A program made the position numbers and the translations under genes. DNA of 64,000 nt. Origin: Terriglobia bacterium. GTDB lineage: Bacteria; Acidobacteriota; Terriglobia; Bryobacterales; Bryobacteraceae. The notes under the pieces were generated by a model. It made no database searches and had not been told where the DNA came from. It saw only the letters and a program-made list of their open reading frames with translations. The stretch covers positions 10,366 to 74,365 of the forward strand of contig PSRJ01000194.1 in NCBI GenBank assembly GCA_003175985.1, read 5' to 3'. This document shows, piece after piece, positions 25,960 through 35,306 of this stretch. Each line of letters starts with the position of its first letter. The first letter of the stretch is position 1.

Positions 25960-28900
25960 ATGTATAGATCAAGATTTCTGCACCTTTGCTGCGCGTGTAT
26001 CTGGGCCGTTGTGCACCTGCTCGCGCAAACCTCGACTTCCGAAATCACCGGCACGGTTCGAGATGCTTCCGGCGCCGTGATCCCCGGGGCTACCGTGACG
26101 GCGGCCAACGAAGCTACTGGTCTCAGCTACCGGCAGAATACAACCGAAGCCGGGTTGTATGCGTTTCCCTCTGTCCCGGCCGGAACCTACACGATTACGG
26201 CCGAGGCGAAGGGGTTCAAGACCAGCCGGCAGACCGGCAATCTGCTGGTTGTCGGTACTCCGCTCACCGCCGACCTGACGCTCGGCATCGGCGAGACCAC
26301 GGAAATTGTGAACGTGGAGGCTGCGGCCACCACCGTACAGACGGAGAACGCGACCATCGGCAATGTGGTCAGCGAGAAGGCCATCAAGGATCTGCCGCTC
26401 AATGGACGGAATCCGCTCAACCTGCTGGTGCTCGAGCCCGGCGTGGTGCAGCGGTCGGCTGGCGCGGCCGGCTCCGGCGTCCACGTGAACGGATCGCGGG
26501 ACCGCGCTTACAACGTGACGATCGACGGCATCGAAGCCAATGAATCCACGGTTCCCAATCCGCTTGCGAACCTGTACCGCCTCACCCCGGATAATGTGCA
26601 GGAATACAAAGTCACCACCAGCAATCCGACAGCGGAAGAAGGCCGCAACAGCGGCGCGAACATCAACGTCGCAACGCGCAGCGGGCAGAATGCGTTTCAT
26701 GGCACGCTTTTCGAGTTCTTCCGCAATACCGATCTGAACTCGAGCGAATTCTTCGCTAACGCACAAGGCACACCCAAGCCCGACATTAAGATGAACCAGT
26801 TCGGCGGGCAATTGAGCGGACCCGTGGTCCGGAACAAGACATTCTTCTTTTTCAGCTATGCGGGCATAACGACCAATATCCTTCAACCGATCGATCAAAC
26901 TTTCGGATTGCCCGGTATCTACACGCCGGCGGCGCGCGCCGGTGTTTACCGCTACTGGGTGGCCGATCCGAGCAATCCATTAGTCATCAGCGGGCAACGG
27001 ATCACCAGGAATTCTCCGCTTCTCGTGGATCCGCGGAGCGGCGCGCTGGCGCCGGGTGTCCGCAACTGCGGCGGCCCGGCCGATGTGAATTGCGTTGCCA
27101 GTTACAATTTCGCCGCGAACGATCCGAAGGGGATCGGCGTGGATGCGAGCATCGCCAAGTTGTTTGCCAGCTATCCGGCGCCTAACAATTACAGCTCCCT
27201 GGGCGATGGCCTGAACTACGCCACCTATCAATGGAATCCGCCCACACTATTTCGCGGGCCGAATTTCATGTACCGCGTAGACCATACGTTCAACGAAAAT
27301 AACAACGTATTTGTGCGCTGGCTGCAGGGACACTACGATACGCTGAAAGGCGATCCCTTAAATTCCCGCCCTCAGGTCTTCCCGGGTTTTCCTCCTTTGG
27401 GAGAGGTTTATCGCACCACCAAGAACCTGGCGGTCAGCTACCGGCACTTGTTTTCCCCGCGTGTGGTGAACGAGCTCACAGCGGGGTTCTCGCGATTCCT
27501 CTTCCTATTCACACAAGGGGAAGCGAATCCAAGCTTCCCCGACGTTTTGCCCTATACTTTCGTCAACAGCGGCTCTACCTATATTGCGCTGCCATACATC
27601 AACACGCCGCGCACGTTCCGCGCGGTGACGACGCCACAGTTGATCGATAATCTGAGCATCATCAAGGGGGCTCATGTTTTCCGCCTGGGGACGAATGTTC
27701 GGCTTTACGAGCACAACGATCAGCGCGGCCAACCGGGCGGCGTCAATGTAACGCCGACGTTGACCTTTGACTCATCGGTGCGCGCGCCGTCGGGCTTCAA
27801 TACGCCGGCTGTCGCCACAGCAGGTACCGCGGGCATCAACAGCACGGATAATACCCGCCTGCTGACGACGATTAACCAGGTCATGGGCATTCCGGCGCGC
27901 CTGGGACAGGTGTTTCTCGGCGACCTGAAATCGGATACCTACCTGCCGTTCCGGTCGGGCAAGATTGTCACTCTCTGGGACCAGGGAGTGCGCATCAAAC
28001 AATATGACTTCTATGCGCAGGACGAGTGGCGCGTCCGGTCAGACCTGGTGATCAATTACGGCGTGCGTTGGGAAATCAACCTGGCGCCCAGCGAACCCGG
28101 CGGGCGGGTCTACGTGCCGAACGGCCCGATTGTCGATAACCCGGGCCTGGTCACATTTCAGCACGCCGACCGCTGGTATCAGAACAACAACCTGGGAGCG
28201 CTCGGACCGCGGCTGGGAATAGCGTGGTCACCCTCCGGGAATCAGAAGACGGTAGTGCGGGCAGGTTGGGGCATTTCATTCGATCCGCTTTCCTCTTTCC
28301 AGGTGACGGCTGTGTCGGGGAAGGTGCCTGGCATCACGCTGCAGTGCAATTCCGTTCCCGGCGGTTCGACTACGACGGGGTGCCAGTCTGTGCCGGACAT
28401 CCGGATCGCGCAGGGGTTCCCTCTGGAGCTGCCGGCTCCAATTACCAAACCGAGTTCGTTGTTGACCCCGGACCGGCAGTTGTTGAACAGCGCGCCCACG
28501 CTCGCCGTTTTCGATCAAAACCTGAAAATGCCGACGGTGCACGAGTGGAATTTCAACCTGCAGCGCGAGCTGCCTGCGGGATTTGTGGCGCAGGCCGGCT
28601 ACATCGGCAAACGCGGCTTGCGGTTGATGCGCGCTTACGACATCAACCAGATCGACGCCGCTCCCATTGTGCCTTCGTTCCTCATCATGCAGCAGAATGT
28701 GGCGAACAAATGCAGTGCGGATGGCAGCGGCTGTGCCCTCGGCAAACCGGTTCCGCTGGTGACCTCGGGAATCCTTACCAGCGCCTTCGTAAACTCCAGC
28801 CAATCGGCAACGGATCTGGCGCAGAACGCCGCGGGCAACATGGCGGGCCGCATCGAGCAGACGACACTAGCGGCGCGCCTCCGTCCGAACCAGCAATTCA

Positions 28901-29751
28901 ATACCATCACCTACCTCGATGCCGGCGGGGATTCATATTATCATGCGTTCCAGTTGACCCTGCGCAAGCGGTTCAACGCCGGCCTGCTGATCGGCTTCGC
29001 ATATTCGTTGAGTAAGTCGATTGACGACCAGTCGGTGGATCCCGTGGGGGCTTCCTCCGGAGGAGGTTTGAGCACCACTAACAGCCGGACTCCCACGGAC
29101 ATTCGCAACTGGCGCAACGAGCGTGCTCTCTCCGATTTCGACCGCACACACGTAGTGACCACGAATTTCGTTTACGATTTGCCCTTTGGCAAGGGGCGCG
29201 CGTGGCTGCGGTCCGCGCCGGGCCCCGTAAACCACATGATCGGCGGATGGAGCGTTAACGGACTGTACACTTACATGTCGGGCGAACCCTTCAGCGTGAA
29301 CAGCGGGGTCCGCACCAACAACTACTCACACATTTCGCGCGCCGATATTGTGGGGACGAAACCGCCGGTGCATTATCATGATGCGGCAGGCGTGTTCGGA
29401 CCCGTGGTATTCGACAATCCGGCCGATTTCGCGTTCCCGGCTCCGGGATCGGACGGCGCCGGCCGCAACATTTTCCGCGCCCAGCCTTACTGGAACCTGG
29501 ACCTGAGCTTAGCGAAACATTTCGACATCACCGAGCGGGTAAAGCTGCAATTCCGCGCGGAAGCATTCAACGCGTTGAACCATGCCAATTTCGATAATCC
29601 TCGTGATGCCTCGACCGGGTCGCCCTCAATTACGTCATCGGTATTCGCGCAGGCGTGCTGCGCCACCGTAGCGCCTCCCACCACGCAATCGATCATCCAG
29701 ACCGGGGAGTCGGCGCGGATCTTGCAACTGGCGTTGAAACTGGATTTTTGA
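25960..29751 (+). CDS. TonB-dependent outer-membrane receptor, Oar-like (carboxypeptidase-regulatory N-domain)
   Basis: Signal peptide MYRSRFLHLCCACIWAVVHLLA|Q. ITGTVRDASGAVIPGATVTAANEATGLSYRQNTTEAGLYAFPSVPAGTYTI. Plug-like DLPLNGRNPLNLLVLEPGV. 1263 aa, ending in an aromatic residue (LALKLDF). Confidence 0.92.
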   Translation: MYRSRFLHLCCACIWAVVHLLAQTSTSEITGTVRDASGAVIPGATVTAANEATGLSYRQNTTEAGLYAFPSVPAGTYTITAEAKGFKTSRQTGNLLVVGTPLTADLTLGIGETTEIVNVEAAATTVQTENATIGNVVSEKAIKDLPLNGRNPLNLLVLEPGVVQRSAGAAGSGVHVNGSRDRAYNVTIDGIEANESTVPNPLANLYRLTPDNVQEYKVTTSNPTAEEGRNSGANINVATRSGQNAFHGTLFEFFRNTDLNSSEFFANAQGTPKPDIKMNQFGGQLSGPVVRNKTFFFFSYAGITTNILQPIDQTFGLPGIYTPAARAGVYRYWVADPSNPLVISGQRITRNSPLLVDPRSGALAPGVRNCGGPADVNCVASYNFAANDPKGIGVDASIAKLFASYPAPNNYSSLGDGLNYATYQWNPPTLFRGPNFMYRVDHTFNENNNVFVRWLQGHYDTLKGDPLNSRPQVFPGFPPLGEVYRTTKNLAVSYRHLFSPRVVNELTAGFSRFLFLFTQGEANPSFPDVLPYTFVNSGSTYIALPYINTPRTFRAVTTPQLIDNLSIIKGAHVFRLGTNVRLYEHNDQRGQPGGVNVTPTLTFDSSVRAPSGFNTPAVATAGTAGINSTDNTRLLTTINQVMGIPARLGQVFLGDLKSDTYLPFRSGKIVTLWDQGVRIKQYDFYAQDEWRVRSDLVINYGVRWEINLAPSEPGGRVYVPNGPIVDNPGLVTFQHADRWYQNNNLGALGPRLGIAWSPSGNQKTVVRAGWGISFDPLSSFQVTAVSGKVPGITLQCNSVPGGSTTTGCQSVPDIRIAQGFPLELPAPITKPSSLLTPDRQLLNSAPTLAVFDQNLKMPTVHEWNFNLQRELPAGFVAQAGYIGKRGLRLMRAYDINQIDAAPIVPSFLIMQQNVANKCSADGSGCALGKPVPLVTSGILTSAFVNSSQSATDLAQNAAGNMAGRIEQTTLAARLRPNQQFNTITYLDAGGDSYYHAFQLTLRKRFNAGLLIGFAYSLSKSIDDQSVDPVGASSGGGLSTTNSRTPTDIRNWRNERALSDFDRTHVVTTNFVYDLPFGKGRAWLRSAPGPVNHMIGGWSVNGLYTYMSGEPFSVNSGVRTNNYSHISRADIVGTKPPVHYHDAAGVFGPVVFDNPADFAFPAPGSDGAGRNIFRAQPYWNLDLSLAKHFDITERVKLQFRAEAFNALNHANFDNPRDASTGSPSITSSVFAQACCATVAPPTTQSIIQTGESARILQLALKLDF

Positions 29752-29764
29752 GCGAGGGCAAGCG

Positions 29765-30811
29765 CTACCGAATGTTCTCCGGTTTGGGGAACAGGATCGG
29801 AAGCGCAACTTCCGCGGTGAACATGCATCGGGCGTTGTGGCCGCACAGCGGGACGATCGTGACTTGATGCGATGCCCCGAACTTCTCGGTTACGTATCTA
29901 TGGAACGCCTGCCCGCGGGCGAGGCGCGTGGGACCCTGAGCCATGGCGGGGCAGGAGCTATCGAAGCCGCCGAGGGGCAATATGTCGAGCTCGCCAAGCA
30001 GGTACGTGGCCGGGCGCGCGGCGAGCTGCTTCCTCAGTTGATCGTCCGTTAACTTGACGGTGTAGCCGGTGCGGTTCTGGAGGCCATAGGGCCACCGATC
30101 ATACGTAGTGCAGTTGCGGCTGTCACCGAAGGGAAGGAACGGGGTGGGCTGTCCAGACGCTGGAATATATCCGGGGGCTGCCGCGGTCACGGCATACGCC
30201 GAAGGCCCCGGCCGCATGTTGTCGAGATAGGCATAGGCTGACGGGTTCGCAATCACATACCTCACAGGGACACCGAGTTGATCGTGGACCTGGTTGGCCA
30301 TCTCATAGCGAGTGACGAACTGGCCGCCTGCGGAGTGGCCTGCCACCACGATCAACTTCAGGTTCGGAAAGACTTCCTTGCGTGCGAGCTTACGAAGGAT
30401 TTCATCGGCGAAATCGAAAGAGGTCAGCTTGTCATCATTCCGCGAAACTCCGCCGGAGCGCCAACTATCTCCATTGCAAGGCCAATTCACCTCGTTTGCG
30501 GCCAGCGTGTCGCGGCAGCCGGAATTGTCATTGGACGCGAACCGCGGTGAAACGACAATGGTGTCATCCAGTGCGCCGGCCAGAAAAGCGGCTGCCACTG
30601 AGCTGCGGAAATAATTGTCAGCATCACGCCCGGCTCCATGCACCACCACCAGCGCGCGCACCACGGCGTCATTTCTCACATCCAACGAATAGGTCCGGTA
30701 AACGAGGGACCGCGACGACCCGCCGAGCGCGACCCACTCGCTGCAGGATGCGATCGTAGTGCACGGCGCCGCGTACGCAACACCGGCCAGCAGGAATAGA
30801 AATAGCCGCAT
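29765..30811 (-). CDS. secreted alpha/beta-hydrolase-fold protein
   Basis: Signal peptide MRLFLFLLAGVAYA|A. Nucleophile elbow VVAGHSAGGQF. A conserved His lies near the C-terminus (VPLCGHNARC). Confidence 0.8.
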   Translation of the reverse strand: MRLFLFLLAGVAYAAPCTTIASCSEWVALGGSSRSLVYRTYSLDVRNDAVVRALVVVHGAGRDADNYFRSSVAAAFLAGALDDTIVVSPRFASNDNSGCRDTLAANEVNWPCNGDSWRSGGVSRNDDKLTSFDFADEILRKLARKEVFPNLKLIVVAGHSAGGQFVTRYEMANQVHDQLGVPVRYVIANPSAYAYLDNMRPGPSAYAVTAAAPGYIPASGQPTPFLPFGDSRNCTTYDRWPYGLQNRTGYTVKLTDDQLRKQLAARPATYLLGELDILPLGGFDSSCPAMAQGPTRLARGQAFHRYVTEKFGASHQVTIVPLCGHNARCMFTAEVALPILFPKPENIR

Positions 30812-31039
30812 GGGGACTTATTTATACCATATGCGGTCCATTCCTGAGTCGCCCGGTGCTGATGGCAGGTTTCGCAGTACGCGCCCCACTGACACTCCCA
30901 CCATCGCGGTGGCCCAGCAGGGATACAAAACCGGAGTTCGGGCATTCTTCCCGATCATAGAAAGGCGGCCTGCCGGAACAGAATACCGGACTCAGGGTAT
31001 TTCTTGCGATCTGCCGTAGTAGGAGGAGCGCAGGCCCGC

Positions 31040-32089
31040 TTACTTAGACGTTTTGGCGGCGGCCTTTTTCTCTTCGGAACGGGCAGAGGCCAAAATGCCG
31101 GCAAGGCCGGTGTTGCCCTCGTTGCAGGCGTATTCGTACAGCGGTCCCTCGGTGCGGACGAACGGAATTTCACCCGTCCACGCCTTGGTAAACGCGGTCG
31201 GATCGTCCACCGTGAACCGGTAGATGATCGTATCGGCGTCGAGGAACGTGAACCGCTCGGTGAGGTGCAGATTCCCATCCGAGCCGCGGAAGCGGGTCTG
31301 GTCGGTGAAATTGGTCGTGTCGACGACCAGCGTGTCGCCTTCCCAATGGCCGCGTGAATCGCCCATCCATTGCCCCACGCCGGCGGGCAGATGATTGCTT
31401 CCATCAAGCGGGACGCGGCGTACATCATGTACCATTTCGACATCGATGGCCAGGAAATTGGGGCCTTGCACGAATTGATAATTGTTGTTGTAAGCGCCGG
31501 GAAGCATGGGTGGTCCGCCACCGCCAAAGTACAGGCAGCGCTCCATCAAAGGCCGGTCTTCGGGACCGTCCGCCGGTCCGAGAAGGCCACTGTTTTCAGG
31601 CTGGCAGCCCGGTTGTTGTTCGCAGCGCTTCTTGATGGCTTCGGCGCGGGCGGCAAGCTGCTGCTGGCGGGCCGCGGTCAAAGAGGGAATTCGGCCGTCG
31701 GGCGGGTCCACTACTATCGAGGTGCGCCGCGTCTTCACGACCTTGGTCCCCGAATCCCACCAGAAATCGTTATACGCGTTGGCTACGTCGCGCTCCGAAC
31801 CGGGGGTGCGGCGATCGCGGTTCCGCTGCGATACCGTCTGCTTTTCGTACTCACGCGCCTCCTGTTCGGTGAAATATTCCTTTCCCGCAAGGTCGGCCGG
31901 ACGCTCAAACGGGGTAAGAGTGACGTTGGTCCAGATGCCGCTGAAATCGGGATGGCCGTCTTTCGTGCGCGGCGCGGCGGGGGCCTTCTCCGTCTTAGCG
32001 CTCGCGGCTGCTGCGGGGACAGGCTGCAACGAGACGATCGCCGTAAAGGCGGCGCTATAGATCAGCGGCTTGAGCCATCGATGGGTCAT
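31040..32089 (-). CDS. secreted protein of the unnamed conserved family, long form (paralogue C)
   Basis: SD GGAGGAG lies 8 nt upstream of the ATG at 32089. Motifs PRTKDGHPDFSGIW, GDSRGHWEGDTLVVDTTNF, ERF, VDDPTAFTKAW, YACNEGN. Confidence 0.88.
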   Translation of the reverse strand: MTHRWLKPLIYSAAFTAIVSLQPVPAAAASAKTEKAPAAPRTKDGHPDFSGIWTNVTLTPFERPADLAGKEYFTEQEAREYEKQTVSQRNRDRRTPGSERDVANAYNDFWWDSGTKVVKTRRTSIVVDPPDGRIPSLTAARQQQLAARAEAIKKRCEQQPGCQPENSGLLGPADGPEDRPLMERCLYFGGGGPPMLPGAYNNNYQFVQGPNFLAIDVEMVHDVRRVPLDGSNHLPAGVGQWMGDSRGHWEGDTLVVDTTNFTDQTRFRGSDGNLHLTERFTFLDADTIIYRFTVDDPTAFTKAWTGEIPFVRTEGPLYEYACNEGNTGLAGILASARSEEKKAAAKTSK

Positions 32090-32153
32090 TGGGAATCTCC
32101 TCCCGGAACTGTAAAGTAGTCTAGGGGACCGCGTCGGCCAGCGTCAAGTGCCG

Positions 32154-34208
32154 CTATGGCCTCGGCCCGTAATGGGGCTCCGGCCGGCCGGCCTCATAGG
32201 CCCCTAAATCCGGGGCGCGGCCGGTGAAGTCGTCGTTCACGTTCGGCAGCCGCACCCCTGAATCGACGGCCACCGATCCGGGGCGAAGCCGGAAATCGAA
32301 GTCCGCCGGCCTGTAGAGTTTGCGGGGGTCGTTCGGGTCCGGTGGCGAAACCTTCTGGAACACGTCGTAATCCACGAGGACGCTGTGGCGATCGTGGCCG
32401 GTGGCCTCGCTAAACTCCTTGAGGGTTTTGAAACGTCGTGTCTCGCGTGTCTGCGCTTCTAGCCGAGCCTGCTCCTGCACATTCCCGGCTTGCACCTCGG
32501 GGAATTCGGCGCGCTTCGAGAATGCCGGCGAACTCCATTCGAACGAGAACTCCGCGCCCTCGTTCGGACGGAAGCCGTTGTAGTCGGAGCTTGAATAATT
32601 CGTATTCGTCTCTACCGCGAACGTCTCTAGAGTTTCGCTGCGCCCGAGAACCAGATTATTGCGGTAGTGCACGTTTGAGGGCGCCAGCAGCATGGGTTTC
32701 ACGGGGGCGAGCAACGTATTGTGGTAAACCACGATTCCCGCTGAAGAAGCCGTGAATTTCACCGCGCCGCCCTCAGGCGCGTGATAGACGATATTACGGA
32801 TAAAGTACACGGGCCCGCCAAACATAGGCTGCACGCTGAGTGCCCGATGCCCATGGTTGAAGCAGCGATTCCGGAACACACGGATATTGTGGGCGCCGCC
32901 ATCGGACTCGATGCAGTTGTCCTCCACGTTGGTGATGTCGTTATTGTAGAAATCGATGGAAACCGGCATCCTCTCGCGGATCGGGTTCGGCGTGCCGTCC
33001 GGGTTGCCGTAGGTGGCGACATCGACCCCGTCGTGGAAATTGGCGATGTAGTTGTAAGCCACCACGTGTCCGGGGCCATAGACCTTGACGGCATACTCGG
33101 AAGCCAGCTTGGGCGCTTCGCCGTAGGGCTGCCACGTGCGGCCCGTGAAGCCCATCAGTGCGTTCGGGTTGAAGCGGCCAACGAAGGTGTTATCGGCAAT
33201 GTAGAAATCCCGAGAGCCGGACCAATCGGTATAGAGGCCGCGCCCCACATTTTCGATCCGGCAGTGCTTAATAGTGATGCCGCGCGCTCCGGCAATGTTC
33301 TTCAACCCCGACAGAAACGCCAGGTCGGTGTTGCGGATCGTCAGCCCTTCAAAGTAGTTGTAATTGGCGGCCATGACATTGAAGAGGTTGAAATTGCCAT
33401 CGCCATCGAAGATCACCTCGCCATCACCCGCCGCTTTGATGACGATCGGCTTTTCCGCTGTTCCGCTCTGCGTCAGATAGTAGGTGCCGTCGGAAGGCGC
33501 TGTTCCGCCCGGCCCGCCGCCTCCATACCGGAAGCGATCGTCCTTGTACAAACCCGCATGGACCAGGATCGTATCGCCAGGCTGCACGCGCGGAGGGTAG
33601 GTGTTGAAGTTATCCGAGTGACTGGCCCCCGTGTTATAGGCCGCCAGCAAGCCCGTAAACGAGGGTTCCTGTTTCTGGCCTTTATACTCGGGAGGGTAAA
33701 CATGAAAGATCCTGCCGCCGGCGGCAGGCACGGGCTCCGCTCGGGTCCGCACGGTGACGATGCTTTCGGTTTTGCCGTCGGCGCCATCAGGGTCCGAGAG
33801 TACGAAGCGGCACTCGTATTCGGTCGCGGGCTCCAGGTCGAAAATGCTGCCGGCGAACATATTCGGCGTAGTGTACTGAAGCGCGTTTTCGTGGATTCGC
33901 TCGCGATCCAGGCGCAATAAGGGCAGCCCCTGCTTCCACGCCGGCTCGCCTTTCTTGCGGTAGGAGACGGCGACGGAGGAGTTGTGATTCTCGTCGCCAT
34001 CGATATACCATTCGAACCCCAGCGAGATCAGCGTGGGCGGCTCGGCGTAGAACTCTTTCGCGGTGACTCTGTCCGCGCCGTGCGCCAGGCAGGCGATGAA
34101 AAGTAAGAAAAGCAGTCGTAGCACGGTTCTAGCGACGTGCCTTTCTTTCGTCGGCGCGCGCACCCCCGAGAATCCCTGTGAGGCCGTAATTGCCCTCGTT
34201 GCAGGCAT
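32154..34208 (-). CDS. secreted right-handed parallel beta-helix protein with an N-terminal FN3-like module
   Basis: Repeated beta-helix turns (ITIKHCRIENVGRGLY, FYIADNTFVG, VVAYNYIANFHDGVDV, IDFYNNDITNVEDNCIESDG, IRVFRNRCFNHG). The ATG at 34208 overlaps the upstream gene by 80 nt. A GTG at 34124, 4 nt after that stop, gives a cleaner signal peptide (M)LRLLFLLFIACLAHG|A and may be the true start. Confidence 0.85.
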   Translation of the reverse strand: MPATRAITASQGFSGVRAPTKERHVARTVLRLLFLLFIACLAHGADRVTAKEFYAEPPTLISLGFEWYIDGDENHNSSVAVSYRKKGEPAWKQGLPLLRLDRERIHENALQYTTPNMFAGSIFDLEPATEYECRFVLSDPDGADGKTESIVTVRTRAEPVPAAGGRIFHVYPPEYKGQKQEPSFTGLLAAYNTGASHSDNFNTYPPRVQPGDTILVHAGLYKDDRFRYGGGGPGGTAPSDGTYYLTQSGTAEKPIVIKAAGDGEVIFDGDGNFNLFNVMAANYNYFEGLTIRNTDLAFLSGLKNIAGARGITIKHCRIENVGRGLYTDWSGSRDFYIADNTFVGRFNPNALMGFTGRTWQPYGEAPKLASEYAVKVYGPGHVVAYNYIANFHDGVDVATYGNPDGTPNPIRERMPVSIDFYNNDITNVEDNCIESDGGAHNIRVFRNRCFNHGHRALSVQPMFGGPVYFIRNIVYHAPEGGAVKFTASSAGIVVYHNTLLAPVKPMLLAPSNVHYRNNLVLGRSETLETFAVETNTNYSSSDYNGFRPNEGAEFSFEWSSPAFSKRAEFPEVQAGNVQEQARLEAQTRETRRFKTLKEFSEATGHDRHSVLVDYDVFQKVSPPDPNDPRKLYRPADFDFRLRPGSVAVDSGVRLPNVNDDFTGRAPDLGAYEAGRPEPHYGPRP

Positions 34209-35181
34209 GCTCGTACAGGGGACCCTCGCTGGCGATCATCGGCACTTCCCCTTTCCAAGGCTTGGTGAACGCCGTCGGATCGTCCATGGTGAATTCGTAC
34301 AAAAGTGTATCCGGAGCGATTCGGGTGAAGCGCTCCGTCATGTGGAGGTGCTCGTCGGCGCCCCGAAATTTGGTCTTGTTCGTGAAATTCGTGGTGTCGA
34401 CGACGAGCGTATTACCTTCCCAGTGGCCGCGCGAATCGCCTAACCACTGCGAAACATTCGAAGGAACGTGGGGGCGGCCATCGAGGGGGATGATGCGGGC
34501 ATCGTGGTTCAATTCCACGAAGATCACGACGTGATCGCGCGTCTGGACGATCTGATAGTTCGTGGTGAGAGCGCCAAACACGGAATTGTTGTAGAAACTG
34601 GGAAGCATGGGCGGTCCCGTGGTGGGGAACAAGAGGCAGCGTTCCATGAGCGGCCGGTCCTCCGGGCCATCGGCCGGATGTTCTCTGGCATAGTCGCGGT
34701 CCGCCCGGGCTTTGCGCTGCGCTTCCGCGGTCAGCGGTGGAATTTTTCCATCGGGAGGGTCAACGATCAAGGACGTCCGGAGATTTACGGCGCGTTTGGA
34801 ATCGGCGTCCCACCAGAAATCGTTGTATGTCCCGACTGCGCCGGCTGCTACCGGCCTGTCGCGCGTGGAGCGGGCAAAGACTTTTTGTTCGTAAGCCGCC
34901 TCTTCCTCGGGGGTGAAAAATTGCTTCCCGGCGAGTTCCGCGGGCCGTTCCAAGGGAACGATGGATGCGTTGCTCCAGATCCCTTGAAGATCCGGCTGGC
35001 CATCGGCCGTGCGCGGCGGGTTCCACGCTCGTTTTACGGGGGCAGCATTCTGCCGAGGTGCGCCGTCCTGGGCGAATGCTAGCGCCAGCAACGAAAGAGC
35101 AGTGATTGCGAGCCGGACGGCCAACAGCGCCCGCCTACGATTCAGGGAGCGAACTGCCTTCCGACAGTGGAACCTACGCAT
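34129..35181 (-). CDS. secreted protein of the unnamed conserved family, long form (paralogue D)
   Basis: SD AAGGAGG lies 7 nt upstream of the ATG at 35181. Signal-like RRRALLAVRLAITALSLLALAFA|Q. Motifs PRTADGQPDLQGIW, GDSRGHWEGNTLVVDTTNF, ERF, MDDPTAFTKPW, HACNEGN. Confidence 0.88.
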   Translation of the reverse strand: MRRFHCRKAVRSLNRRRALLAVRLAITALSLLALAFAQDGAPRQNAAPVKRAWNPPRTADGQPDLQGIWSNASIVPLERPAELAGKQFFTPEEEAAYEQKVFARSTRDRPVAAGAVGTYNDFWWDADSKRAVNLRTSLIVDPPDGKIPPLTAEAQRKARADRDYAREHPADGPEDRPLMERCLLFPTTGPPMLPSFYNNSVFGALTTNYQIVQTRDHVVIFVELNHDARIIPLDGRPHVPSNVSQWLGDSRGHWEGNTLVVDTTNFTNKTKFRGADEHLHMTERFTRIAPDTLLYEFTMDDPTAFTKPWKGEVPMIASEGPLYEHACNEGNYGLTGILGGARADERKARR

Positions 35182-35306
35182 GGAGCCCCTCCTTCCTGGA
35201 TAGGTTAATCAGTGCCGATGCGTGAATCAAGCCCTGCGAGCAGGATGACGAAGCCTTAGTGCGGTTGCGTCCGTGCCCGGCCGAAGGTGCGCTGGTTGCC
35301 AAGCTG

